Origin: Candidatus Undinarchaeota archaeon
GTDB taxonomy: Archaea; SpSt-1190; JASMDC01
DNA length: 64,000 nt
NCBI GenBank assembly: GCA_964519305.1
Contig: CAZFHY010000009.1
Coordinates: 22,229-86,228, forward strand
Direction of reading: 5' to 3'
The first letter of the stretch is position 1. Every line of letters starts with the position of its first letter. The notes beneath the pieces were generated by a model. That model saw only the letters and a program-made list of their open reading frames with translations, had not been told where the DNA came from and made no database searches. Positions 44,313 through 53,603 of the stretch are shown piece by piece. The position numbers and the translations under genes were made by a program.

Positions 44313-45996
44313 TAACACCATCTACAACCTCGGGCTCGTGCTCGTGCTAGCGCTCGTTATGCTCACGACACCTGCGACCGCGGCTTCGTCATCGGTCAAG
44401 ATCCCCACGCTGGCCAACGTCCAGGTGTCCGTGCTGAATACCGATCCAGATACTGTTGAACCTGGTCGCGATCTCCTGCTCACACTCAAAGTGGAGAACT
44501 ACGGGAGCGAAGCGGCCGATAACGTTACTGTAACGTTCAAGCCACGATACCCCTTCGAGCTCAAACCCGGCGAGGATGCCATGACCGATGTGGGTCGTCT
44601 CGGCCCCCTTCGTGAGGCCTATGTCGAGTACGACCTTCTCGTACGCGAGGACGCTGTCGAGGGTGCGTACACGTTCGTCATCGACTCGTGCATGGATAGC
44701 TGCGAGAAGGACCGGTCATCCACCGAGCTCGACATCCGGGTGAACGCCGCACCAAGCGTCTTGCTTACCGCCACAAAGGTGCCCGAGCTCATCGGCTCCG
44801 ACATGGAGGTACCGGTCAGGATCACTGTTGAGAACGTAGGGGCCGGGCAGGCCCGCAAGGTGCAGGTCGAGTTCAGCACGGTACCATCGGGCTCAACGGA
44901 CGCGTCCCTGTTCACACTGGTGGACTCGGCACAGGTCGCGTTCCTCGGAGACATGGCACCCCGCTCGCTGCGTCACATCGACCTCATCTACCGTACCGGC
45001 GAGAAAGCCAGCGGCATCTACAAGCTTCCGGTCACGATCACCTACTCAGACGATGATGATGTGGAGAAGGATTTCACCGTCACCATTGACGTGAACGCTC
45101 AGCCCGACATCACCATCGGCCAGATCTCGGTCGATCCGCCCCGCATCCTTCCCGGCTCTGTGGTCAGCGCTACCATCCCCTTCACGAACACTGGCGACTG
45201 GAAGGCAGAGGACCTCAAGATCGTGCTTTCCACCATCCCCGTTGGCGCCACTGGCCAGACCACGCCCTTCGGGCTGGTGGACGGTACCGCCCAGCGCACC
45301 TATGACATCATCGCCGCGAACGGCTCCGACATGGCCACGTTCTCCCTGCTCGTGGACCCTGACGCCAGTGGTGTCTACACGCTCAAGGCCTATCTCACCT
45401 ACAAGGGGCTCGCTGCGCCCATGGAGGGCGTCATCTCCGTCCCCGTGTTCGGCGAACCCAGGCTCGAGGCCGCCGTGCGCGGTGTGAGCCAGGAGAACGG
45501 GAACCTCCAGCTCTCGGTGGACGTCATGAACTCCGGCAGCGGCACGGCCAACGCCATCGTGGTGGAGCTTGCGCCCTCGGACGAGGACGTGAAGCTCGTA
45601 TCATCACCACGCTCGCTCCTGGGATCGCTCGCGCCCAACGAGATCCAGACCGTGGACTTCACGCTAAAAGTGCCACAACCCGAGCCCGCGTTCACACGGC
45701 CCGGGGGACATGGCGAAGAACCCGAGGGAACACCGATGCCCACACCGGAGCCGGTGAAGCGCACCTTCTCCGCTGATGTGAGCCTCCACTACAAGAACGC
45801 CATGAACCAGGACCTTTCAGAGCCCACAGAGCTCTCATTCTCCGAGCCCCAGCGACAGTCATCTGGTATGGCCTCGGCCCATGGGGCGGGGGGCATGAGC
45901 AGGAACATCCAGTACGGGATGTATGCCTTGACGCTCATCGGTGCCCTGACCATCGTGCGCTGGCTCTTCGGCAAGCTGTTCGGAGGCGGGGACTAG
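44302..45996 (+). CDS. secreted CARDB/S-layer-domain-like multi-beta-sandwich protein with a C-terminal TM anchor
   Basis: Signal peptide. Repeated 'V.N.G...A.nv.V.f' units (VENYGSEAADNVTVTF, VENVGAGQARKVQVEF, VMNSGSGTANAIVVEL). C-terminal TM 'MYALTLIGALTIVRWLF'. Confidence 0.75.
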   Translation: MQNDNTIYNLGLVLVLALVMLTTPATAASSSVKIPTLANVQVSVLNTDPDTVEPGRDLLLTLKVENYGSEAADNVTVTFKPRYPFELKPGEDAMTDVGRLGPLREAYVEYDLLVREDAVEGAYTFVIDSCMDSCEKDRSSTELDIRVNAAPSVLLTATKVPELIGSDMEVPVRITVENVGAGQARKVQVEFSTVPSGSTDASLFTLVDSAQVAFLGDMAPRSLRHIDLIYRTGEKASGIYKLPVTITYSDDDDVEKDFTVTIDVNAQPDITIGQISVDPPRILPGSVVSATIPFTNTGDWKAEDLKIVLSTIPVGATGQTTPFGLVDGTAQRTYDIIAANGSDMATFSLLVDPDASGVYTLKAYLTYKGLAAPMEGVISVPVFGEPRLEAAVRGVSQENGNLQLSVDVMNSGSGTANAIVVELAPSDEDVKLVSSPRSLLGSLAPNEIQTVDFTLKVPQPEPAFTRPGGHGEEPEGTPMPTPEPVKRTFSADVSLHYKNAMNQDLSEPTELSFSEPQRQSSGMASAHGAGGMSRNIQYGMYALTLIGALTIVRWLFGKLFGGGD

Positions 45997-46000
45997 ACAT

Positions 46001-47236
46001 ATGGACCTGCTCTCCCTGTCGCTCGCCAACATCGGACGTCGCCTGTTCCGTAACGGGTTCACCGTGGTGAGTATCGCCATTGGCATCGCTGCCATAGTCG
46101 CGCTCCTGGCCCTTGGTGACGGGATGAAGGCATCGCTGGGCGACCAGCTCGGGCCCATGGCCGCCGACATAATCGTCATGCCCAAGTCCAAGGGCGTCCA
46201 GCGGGCCCGGGGCGGGCGCATGGGTCACGGTCCTCCCGGCCGGATGCGGTCGTTCGGCGGCGTCTACCCCATGGATGAGTCCATCCTCTCAGATCTTCGA
46301 CGTGTGAACGGCATCAAGTTCGTGGTCCCTCGTTACTCCACCCGCGGTCAGCTCAAGGTGGCGTCGGACGACTTCTCTGTATCGGTCATGGGCATCGATC
46401 CCGACGCCGAGAAGGACTATGATCAGATACCTGACTTCGCGGAAGGGAAGATGTTCCTCTCTCGTGACCGGAACATGGTGGTGCTGGGTGACCGTGTGGT
46501 GAGCGACTTCTTCCAGTTCCGCCGCCCCCAGGTCCGCTCCACGGTGGTCATCGAGGGACGCAAGTTCCAGGTTGCGGGCATCCTTGAGAAGGGCGGACAG
46601 GGGGGACCGGGAGGCTCCTATGACAACGCGATTCTCATGAGCCTCGAGGACGCGCGGGAGATCGGGGATCCCGAGGTGAAGGACCAACTCAGCAACCTCA
46701 TCGTGCGCGCAACATCCCCTGAGATCGCCGAGGACGTGGCCGAGGACATAGTCAAAGTGGTCGACACGGTCCAGACCATGGCCCTCTCCACCATGCTGGA
46801 GACCATCCAGGAGATCATGGGCACCTTCACGGCCTTCCTTGCAGGCATCGCGGGCATCTCACTGTTCGTGGCCGCAATCACTATCCTCAACAACATGTAC
46901 ACCGCAGTCATGGAGCGCCGGCGCGAGATCGGCACCATGAAGGCCCTTGGTATGGACAGCAGTCAGGTGCTCATCACTTTCTCCATCGAGGCGGGCATCC
47001 TCGGTCTCCTGGGCGGCGCCTTGGGCATCGCCATCGGCCTGGGCATCGGCCGGTTCGTGGAGTACATGCGACTGGGCGCCCCAGGGCCTGGTGACGCCTA
47101 CCTCATCCCGGTCTACCTCCCCGAGTACATGGTGGCCAGCGTGGTGTTCGGCGTCATGGTGGCGTTGCTGTCAGGCCTCTACCCCGCCTGGCGAGCATCG
47201 CAGCTCTCTCCTGTAGAGGCTCTGCGATTCGAGTGA
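46001..47236 (+). CDS. ABC transporter permease, FtsX/MacB type (4 TM plus a large extracytoplasmic domain)
   Basis: N-terminal TM, a ~230-aa loop domain, and a C-terminal FtsX-like 3-TM bundle ('LNNMYTAVMERRREIGTMKALG'). Confidence 0.85.
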   Translation: MDLLSLSLANIGRRLFRNGFTVVSIAIGIAAIVALLALGDGMKASLGDQLGPMAADIIVMPKSKGVQRARGGRMGHGPPGRMRSFGGVYPMDESILSDLRRVNGIKFVVPRYSTRGQLKVASDDFSVSVMGIDPDAEKDYDQIPDFAEGKMFLSRDRNMVVLGDRVVSDFFQFRRPQVRSTVVIEGRKFQVAGILEKGGQGGPGGSYDNAILMSLEDAREIGDPEVKDQLSNLIVRATSPEIAEDVAEDIVKVVDTVQTMALSTMLETIQEIMGTFTAFLAGIAGISLFVAAITILNNMYTAVMERRREIGTMKALGMDSSQVLITFSIEAGILGLLGGALGIAIGLGIGRFVEYMRLGAPGPGDAYLIPVYLPEYMVASVVFGVMVALLSGLYPAWRASQLSPVEALRFE

Positions 47237-47242
47237 GGCGGC

Positions 47243-48130
47243 ATGAGTATGGCCCCAAACGCACAATGGAAAGGTTTGGTGTTATCCTTCCTGCTTCTCG
47301 CCCTGGTCTGTGCCCAGGACGCTGCGCTCGACTCCTACCACCTCTCAGTTGATGTGCTGGAGAGCGGGGAGGCCCACTGTACCCTCTCGCTCACGTACCG
47401 GCAGGAGGGTGACGAGCTCTCTGGAGGCTATCTGGTGTTGCCCGGGAAGGCAAGCTATGTCTCCGTCACAGATAAAGAGGGTGCGCTCAAGTTCGGCTCG
47501 GCCGAGGTCGAGAACCTCACAGAAGTGAAGTTCTTGTTCCGCGACATCTTTCTCGATGGTGAGAGGTACACCGTCTCCGTGGAGTTCTGGACCTTCGACC
47601 TTACACGGAAGATGCTGGACGAGTGGGTGCTGGAGGTGGCGTATACCGACCCACCAGAGGTCGATAGCTATTCGCTATCGGTCACCCTTCCCGAGGGTGC
47701 CAAGTACATTCCCGGCGACGAGGTATGGTCTGCGGTGCAGGCCGAAGGGGGCCGTGTCATCCTCTCTACAGAGGGTGCAATGAGCGATACCATGGTCGCC
47801 TACTCCCTCACTTCCGACCGAAATACTGCTCTTCCCGACCTGTTCATGGGCCTGCTTGTATTCCTCGTGGGTGCGTTCGCAGGCTATCGCATGTTCCGGC
47901 AAGAGCCCCCTGCTGAACAGGAGCATGACATCACGCGCCTCTTGGATGACACCGAGAGGAAGGTCTACCAGCTTCTTTCCACTGACGGCCCGAGCCTGAG
48001 ACAGTCCGACATCGTCGAGCGCACAGGATTACCAAAATCAACGGTATCTAGAACGCTGGATCGGCTCGAACGGAAGAAGATAGTGAAGAAGGAGCGCCAT
48101 GGACGAGAATACAGGATAATACTTGCTTGA
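47243..48130 (+). CDS. membrane-tethered winged-helix DNA-binding protein with an extracytoplasmic domain
   Basis: Signal/TM 'LVLSFLLLALVCAQ', a ~190-aa ectodomain, TM 'LFMGLLVFLVGAFAGY', and the wHTH 'ERKVYQLLSTDGPSLRQSDIVERTGLPKSTVSRTLDRLERKKIVKKERHG'. Confidence 0.7.
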   Translation: MSMAPNAQWKGLVLSFLLLALVCAQDAALDSYHLSVDVLESGEAHCTLSLTYRQEGDELSGGYLVLPGKASYVSVTDKEGALKFGSAEVENLTEVKFLFRDIFLDGERYTVSVEFWTFDLTRKMLDEWVLEVAYTDPPEVDSYSLSVTLPEGAKYIPGDEVWSAVQAEGGRVILSTEGAMSDTMVAYSLTSDRNTALPDLFMGLLVFLVGAFAGYRMFRQEPPAEQEHDITRLLDDTERKVYQLLSTDGPSLRQSDIVERTGLPKSTVSRTLDRLERKKIVKKERHGREYRIILA

Positions 48131-48139
48131 TTCACCCCA

Positions 48140-48200
48140 GTTCCGCAGTTCCGCACGATATACGCCTTCGTTCCGCAGAAATTATTTATTTCGTTCCAGA
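48140..48200 (+). promoter_or_regulatory. four direct GTTCC(G/A)(C/G)A repeats embracing a TATA box (candidate operator)
   Basis: GTTCCGCA at 48140, 48148 and 48170, and GTTCCAGA at 48193. TATA aaattatttattt (48178-48191) lies between copies 3 and 4. ATG 48214 is about 29 nt from the TATA centre. Confidence 0.5.
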
Positions 48201-48213
48201 TATAGATGTAGTC

Positions 48214-48843
48214 ATGGTCAGTTCTGGAGAAAAGAAAGTAAGGGTCATCGGGGCGGTCCTCGTCGTCCTCATCCTATCCCTTATCACCGTCGAGGCCTTC
48301 AGGGGTCGTGGCAAGCACAGCTTCATCAGACAGAAACCCGCGTGGAAGCACCGACCCGGCGACATGCTCGTGGCCTTCGACATCACCGCGGCCGATGATG
48401 GCTCGATCGGTGCGCTCAAGGTGAAGCTTGATGAAGAAGGGTTCGAGAGCATCGCGAAGAAGACCTTCGACAAGGGCGAGGGTCCCCGGGACTACCTGAT
48501 CGTAAAGGGCCCCGTCGATAGCAGGGCGCTGCTCCCTGCCATCTCCGAGGCCACGGGATTCAAGGCAATCGGGCTCGGTTCGAAGAAGGATATCGGTTTC
48601 GCCCGTAAGGGGAAACGCGAGCGCTACGTCAAGCTCATGGTACCAAAAGAGAACATGGACGCCTTCGTTGAGGGCGCAACGGCCGCCAACGCGACCGCTA
48701 CGGTCGAGGACGGGTACGTCCTCGTCGTCGTGAAGATGGGTGAAGGAGCGGACGGCGGTAAGCTCCGCGAGCTCATCGGAAGCCAGAACGGAATACCGCT
48801 CACTTCGGGCGAGCGATGCGCATCGAGGGCGCGGAAGAGGTGA
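48214..48843 (+). CDS. bitopic membrane protein, function unknown
   Basis: N-terminal TM 'VIGAVLVVLILSLITV' and a ~170-aa extracytoplasmic domain. It occupies the position equivalent to 42782-43438 in the first cassette. Confidence 0.55.
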   Translation: MVSSGEKKVRVIGAVLVVLILSLITVEAFRGRGKHSFIRQKPAWKHRPGDMLVAFDITAADDGSIGALKVKLDEEGFESIAKKTFDKGEGPRDYLIVKGPVDSRALLPAISEATGFKAIGLGSKKDIGFARKGKRERYVKLMVPKENMDAFVEGATAANATATVEDGYVLVVVKMGEGADGGKLRELIGSQNGIPLTSGERCASRARKR

Positions 48844-48848
48844 TTACC

Positions 48849-51041
48849 ATGGTAGAAAGGCAGCGTTTGGTCAATCAATTGATAGTAGCGCTCTTGGCGC
48901 TCTGTACAATTCTCACCATGGTCACCGCCCCCGCCCTGTCCGACACGGTGACGCGATACCAGATCCTCGCCTCCGACATCGAGGTGGGTGATCCGGTGTT
49001 CAGCACCTATCCCACGGCCGGTACATGCTTCCTGATGAAGGTGCCCGCCACAAACAACGGCAACACCGAGGCCGATGAGATCGTTTTCAACCTGACCGTT
49101 GAAGAACCGTTCAGCTTCGACGGTGATAGTGGCGTCAAGACCATCAGCCGCCTTGGGTCCGGTGTGTGGGGATGGGTGGATTACAACCTCTGCGTCGACT
49201 CGGTAGCGCCTGAGGGCGAGTACGCTCTGGACATAACCCACACCTATGAGGAGCTTGGATCGGACTCCTACGTGCTCGGGAACATCACGCTCCCCGTGGG
49301 TGGGGTCCCACGCTTCGATCTCACGGTGGAGCCCACCACCGCTGACCTCAAGCTCGAGACCATGACATTCACCCTGGAGAACATCGGGACGGGTATAGCA
49401 AAGGACATCGAGCTCTTACTGGCCACCGATGGGACACCGCTGGTGCTAGAGGGGATGAACATCATCAACATCAAGTCCATCGAGGCGGGGGCGTCCCAGG
49501 CCTTCGAGTTCAAGGTACAGGTCACCGAGCTCACCCCCTTCAACCTACCGGTCACCATCACCTACTCCTCCAGCCTCGGCGAGACCACGACCCAGTCCAT
49601 CAAGGTGGGCATCTCGGCCCGTCAGAAGATCAGCACCGAGGGCCTGGAGATCGCGGAGGTCGCCATCGAGCCGGAGTTCGTGTTCCCGGGCCAGCGCTTC
49701 ACGGTCAAGTTCAGCGTGGAGAACGTGGGGCTATACGACGCCCGGCTGGTCAAGGTGGTCATGGGCAAGGTGGAGACCAATGACATCGTCACCGAAGTGT
49801 TCGTCCCTTCGGGGCAGGGGAACACCGTCCACCTGGGCACCATCCCTCCCGAGGGCTCGAAGAACGTTACCTTCACCATGCTCACCAGCGGTAACGCCAA
49901 CTCGGGCTCCTACTCGGTCCCGATAACGCTGCTGTTCGTTGACTTCGAGGACAACGACCGGGAGATCGACCGGAACATCGGTGTGGCGGTGCGCTCCAAG
50001 TCCACCCTTACGCCGACCGAGGTGACCACCGTGCCTGCCACCGTGACCGCGGGCTCCAGCTTCACACTCACCCTGGGAGTGTCCAACGGCGGCCCGGCCA
50101 AGGCCACATCGCTCAAGGTGCGGTTCCGCAAGAATGACAACTTCCAGCCAGTGGGGAAGGATACGGTGTTCATCGGTACGCTGGACGTGGACCTTGCAGA
50201 CTCTGCGGAGTTCGCAGTTATGGTCAGCCCGAAGGCCTCCGGTTCTGTCAGGCTTCCCGTCTTCTTCGAGTACGTTGACGACTACGGTAACACCATCCGG
50301 GAGATCGTGGAAGCTTCCATCACGGTCCAGGGTATCTCCCCCGAGGACCTTGCGGCGATGGGTGACAAGGGCGCAGGAAAGCGCACTACGATCAACAACG
50401 GGGCCGCGGCGGGCATCAGCATCATCTCGCCGGAGAAGAACGCTCTTGTGACAACGAAGCCGGTGAACATGGCCCTGGGGGCAGTAGGTCTCCTCGTCGT
50501 TGTTTACATACTTGGGAAGCTCATCGAGCCCAAGCGCTCCGAGAAGCACAGTGCGCTCATGCGCACCTTCAGCACTCTGGTGGCCAACCGTATGGCGCTC
50601 GCAGTGGTTGTGCTCATCGCTGGCGGTATCTGGCTTTATGGTGAGCGCGCCACGCTCCAAGAAGAGGTCACTATCTCCCAGCTGATTTCCGCCAACGCCG
50701 AGGTGAAAAAGCAGCTCTCCAAGGTCCCCGACATCACTTCCTGGCGCATCATGGCCATGGAGAAGGGGAGCCTCGACCAGAAGGTGGATGCGGGCAAGCT
50801 GCAGTTCATCACGACCTACGTGGTGACCCTCGAACCGGACATGGCGTCGGACAAGCGCGTGAAGGCCGAGGTCGACACCCGCATGGGCTCAGTGACCTCA
50901 ATGGACCTGTGCACGGTCGCAGGTGGCAAGGAGGACTGCAAGATCCTCTACGAGGCCAAGGACGAGGAGACCGACATGATGAAGAAGCTAGCCCAGGCCT
51001 ACGGCAAGGGTGGCGGCAGGATGAGAGTTCCCCGAAAGTGA
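48849..51041 (+). CDS. secreted CARDB/S-layer-domain-like multi-beta-sandwich protein with two TM segments and a C-terminal domain
   Basis: Signal peptide 'LIVALLALCTILTMVTAPALS'. Units ATNNGNTEADEIVFNL, LENIGTGIAKDIELLL, VENVGLYDARLVKVVM, VSNGGPAKATSLKVRF. TMs near residues 560-620. Confidence 0.75.
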   Translation: MVERQRLVNQLIVALLALCTILTMVTAPALSDTVTRYQILASDIEVGDPVFSTYPTAGTCFLMKVPATNNGNTEADEIVFNLTVEEPFSFDGDSGVKTISRLGSGVWGWVDYNLCVDSVAPEGEYALDITHTYEELGSDSYVLGNITLPVGGVPRFDLTVEPTTADLKLETMTFTLENIGTGIAKDIELLLATDGTPLVLEGMNIINIKSIEAGASQAFEFKVQVTELTPFNLPVTITYSSSLGETTTQSIKVGISARQKISTEGLEIAEVAIEPEFVFPGQRFTVKFSVENVGLYDARLVKVVMGKVETNDIVTEVFVPSGQGNTVHLGTIPPEGSKNVTFTMLTSGNANSGSYSVPITLLFVDFEDNDREIDRNIGVAVRSKSTLTPTEVTTVPATVTAGSSFTLTLGVSNGGPAKATSLKVRFRKNDNFQPVGKDTVFIGTLDVDLADSAEFAVMVSPKASGSVRLPVFFEYVDDYGNTIREIVEASITVQGISPEDLAAMGDKGAGKRTTINNGAAAGISIISPEKNALVTTKPVNMALGAVGLLVVVYILGKLIEPKRSEKHSALMRTFSTLVANRMALAVVVLIAGGIWLYGERATLQEEVTISQLISANAEVKKQLSKVPDITSWRIMAMEKGSLDQKVDAGKLQFITTYVVTLEPDMASDKRVKAEVDTRMGSVTSMDLCTVAGGKEDCKILYEAKDEETDMMKKLAQAYGKGGGRMRVPRK

Positions 51042-51051
51042 GGGTGCCGCC

Positions 51052-52308
51052 GTGCTATACGCTGCCTACTACGCTGTCCGGTACATCTGGAGCCGCAAGC
51101 TCCGCAGCCTCCTGACCGTGCTTGGTATCGCTGTAGGCGTTGCTGCTATCGTGTCGCTCCTAGGCATCTCCGCAGGGATGGAGGCCCAGGTGCTATCCTG
51201 GGTGGACACTCTTGGCATCAACAACATGGGTGTCTATCCCGCCGGTGGTGAGGACGACTATCCTGACGAGGACGACCTCGAGTACATCCTCCAGATGGAG
51301 CACGTGGACACCGCAGCCCTGTTCTACACCACAAACGGCCAGGTGCCTCCCCACGTGCGCAAGCGGGCCGAGCGCCTGTCGAAGGAAGTCCGAGGCATCG
51401 AGCCTACGGGGTCCGTGACCTTGGTGGGGACGGACCTTGCAGCCCTCCAGCGTATCCTGTCCATAGACATGCAGGACGGTGACTTTCCCACGACGCGGCA
51501 AGGCACCGCCATCGGGGCACGGGTCGCCCGGGGCCTGGTCTCGTCCGCCAACGAGCTCGAAGGAGTGGGCGGAAGGCTCCAACTCTTCCGCCTCGGCGCA
51601 GGCCAGGGCTCCAAGGGGAAGGCCGCCACCCTGGTCATCGATGGCGTCCTCACGGAGATGGGGAGGAGCTTCGTAGAGGTCGACTCCTCGGCCATCGTGT
51701 CGGTGGAGACATTCAAGAAGGTCACAGGGAACCTCAATCCCACGGCAGGCTACCTTGTGGTCCGGGTGGACAGCTATGAGAACGTAGACCTGGTGGAGTC
51801 GTCCCTGCAGTCCTACTTCACCTCGCGGGACAAGCAGGTGGACGTCAAGAGCTCCAAATCCGTCGTTGACTCCCAGCAGCAGGAGATGTACACCATGCAG
51901 ATCTTCTTCGGCAGCATCGGGGCCATCGCCCTGGTGGCCGGGTGCATCGGCGCTATCAACACCGTGCTCACCTCGGTCCTTGAGCGCACCCGGGAGATCG
52001 GGATGATGAAGGCCGTTGGGGCGTCATACAATTACGTGCTCATGCTCTTCATTTTAGAGTCGGCGGTGCTGGGTGTTCTCGGAGGCATCGTCGGCAATAT
52101 CATCGCCATCGGGATCTCCAGCGCCCTTTCAGGCGTCCTGGGGGGCGGCTCCAGCGGTATGCTCCGGCGTCTTGGCTCCGGTGCCGTGCTCTCCAATGAG
52201 CTCATGGTGTTCGGATTCCTCGTGGGGCTGGGCGCCTCCCTGCTCGCCGGATACTACCCTGCCAAGCAGGCTGCCAAGATGGACCCCATAACGGCACTGA
52301 GGTACTGA
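51052..52308 (+). CDS. ABC transporter permease, FtsX/MacB type
   Basis: GTG start. Same architecture as 46001-47236 ('LTSVLERTREIGMMKAVG'). Confidence 0.85.
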   Translation: MLYAAYYAVRYIWSRKLRSLLTVLGIAVGVAAIVSLLGISAGMEAQVLSWVDTLGINNMGVYPAGGEDDYPDEDDLEYILQMEHVDTAALFYTTNGQVPPHVRKRAERLSKEVRGIEPTGSVTLVGTDLAALQRILSIDMQDGDFPTTRQGTAIGARVARGLVSSANELEGVGGRLQLFRLGAGQGSKGKAATLVIDGVLTEMGRSFVEVDSSAIVSVETFKKVTGNLNPTAGYLVVRVDSYENVDLVESSLQSYFTSRDKQVDVKSSKSVVDSQQQEMYTMQIFFGSIGAIALVAGCIGAINTVLTSVLERTREIGMMKAVGASYNYVLMLFILESAVLGVLGGIVGNIIAIGISSALSGVLGGGSSGMLRRLGSGAVLSNELMVFGFLVGLGASLLAGYYPAKQAAKMDPITALRY

Positions 52309-52310
52309 CC

Positions 52311-53126
52311 ATGACCCTCATCGAGACCCATGCGCTGAAGAAGGAGTACCTCATGGGCAAGGTCATCGTCAACGCTCTGCGGGGAGTGGACGTAAAGATC
52401 GGTAAGGGGGAGTTCGTGGCCCTCGTCGGTCCGTCCGGCTCGGGGAAGAGCACCCTCATGCACCTCATCGGCGGCCTCGACTACCCCACAGAGGGCACGG
52501 TATCCGTTGAGGGTGAGGACCTCTACAAGATGACCGAGGGGGAGCTCGCTCACTTCCGGGGCATGAAAGTGGGATTCGTGTTCCAGTCCTTCAACCTCTT
52601 CAACCTCCTCTCGGCCAGGGAGAACGTGTATTTCCCCATGCAGTTCTCCGACATACCGTTCAACCAGTGGGGAGTGCGTGCCGACGAGCTGCTGGAGCTG
52701 GTGAAGCTCGGTGACTGGAAGCACCACAAGCCCACAGAGATGTCCGGCGGCCAGCAGCAGCGGGTGGCCATCGCCCGGGCGCTCGCTAACCACCCGGACA
52801 TCCTGCTCGCCGACGAGCCCACAGGGGAGCTGGATACCACGACGTCGCTTGAGATAATGGCGCTATTCGACCGCATCCGGAAGGAACAGGGCACGACCGT
52901 CATCATAGTGACCCACGACACGGAGATGGCCGCCCTTGCTGACCGGCAGATCAAGCTCATTGATGGCCATGTCGTGTCGGACATACGGAACCACAAGCCT
53001 GAAGTGAAAGCAAAAGGCAAGCAGTCGAAGAAGATCCCTAAGAAGAAGAAGAAGAAGACCGCTCCCAAGAAGAAAGTGACTGGAAAGAAAGGGACCGGTA
53101 AGAAGAAGACCAAGAAACCTGCTTGA
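52311..53126 (+). CDS. ABC transporter ATP-binding protein (MacB/LolD class) with a Lys-rich tail
   Basis: 'GPSGSGKST', '[16 protein letters not shown]', 'LLADEPTGELD' and 'VTHD'. C-terminus 'KGKQSKKIPKKKKKKTAPKKKVTGKKGTGKKKTKKPA'. Confidence 0.9.
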   Translation: MTLIETHALKKEYLMGKVIVNALRGVDVKIGKGEFVALVGPSGSGKSTLMHLIGGLDYPTEGTVSVEGEDLYKMTEGELAHFRGMKVGFVFQSFNLFNLLSARENVYFPMQFSDIPFNQWGVRADELLELVKLGDWKHHKPTEMSGGQQQRVAIARALANHPDILLADEPTGELDTTTSLEIMALFDRIRKEQGTTVIIVTHDTEMAALADRQIKLIDGHVVSDIRNHKPEVKAKGKQSKKIPKKKKKKTAPKKKVTGKKGTGKKKTKKPA

Positions 53127-53135
53127 ATAACGGGC

Positions 53136-53552
53136 TCACGACTGCATGAGCGCCCGCTCCACACTGTCCCGCAGTTCCCACTCGGTATCGTACTCCCATA
53201 CCTTGAGATTGGGGTGAGCGTTCCCTGCCACCAGTGCCGAGAGCCGGGTGCCCTTCTGGCAGAAGCAGTGGACTGGCTTCCCCCACTCCAGGGCCAGCCC
53301 GATCTCCATCCCAACGCCCAGGCTCGGACGTGACACCTCGGCGATGAGCATCTCGCTCGTCCTCAGCCACTTCATGTCCCGGTCGAATATCTCCCGTTGC
53401 GTGAGGGCGGCCTCCCGCTCCATCACATCAGGTGCTACGACATGCTCGGTGAGCACCGTGTGCCCGAGGTCCCTGATGGCATCGGCCATGGCGCGGGCGT
53501 TCCCGATAGCAGCGCGGTCACCGGCGATGGGGGCGGCGAGATAGACGTCCAT
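53136..53552 (-). CDS. nucleoside 2-deoxyribosyltransferase-fold protein (DNPH1/Rcl-like 2'-deoxynucleoside 5'-phosphate N-hydrolase)
   Basis: 'VYLAAPIAG', 'HTVLTEHV', 'DMKWLRTSEMLIAEVSRPSLGVGMEIG' and 'LSALVAG' parallel the Rcl/DNPH1 sequence as I recall it. I prefer ATG 53552 over the longer track ORF. Confidence 0.6.
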   Translation of the reverse strand: MDVYLAAPIAGDRAAIGNARAMADAIRDLGHTVLTEHVVAPDVMEREAALTQREIFDRDMKWLRTSEMLIAEVSRPSLGVGMEIGLALEWGKPVHCFCQKGTRLSALVAGNAHPNLKVWEYDTEWELRDSVERALMQS

Positions 53553-53603
53553 GGGAGGCGATAATGGGACGCAGCCTTTTATTTCTTGGTCGGGAGGTGA
53601 ACA

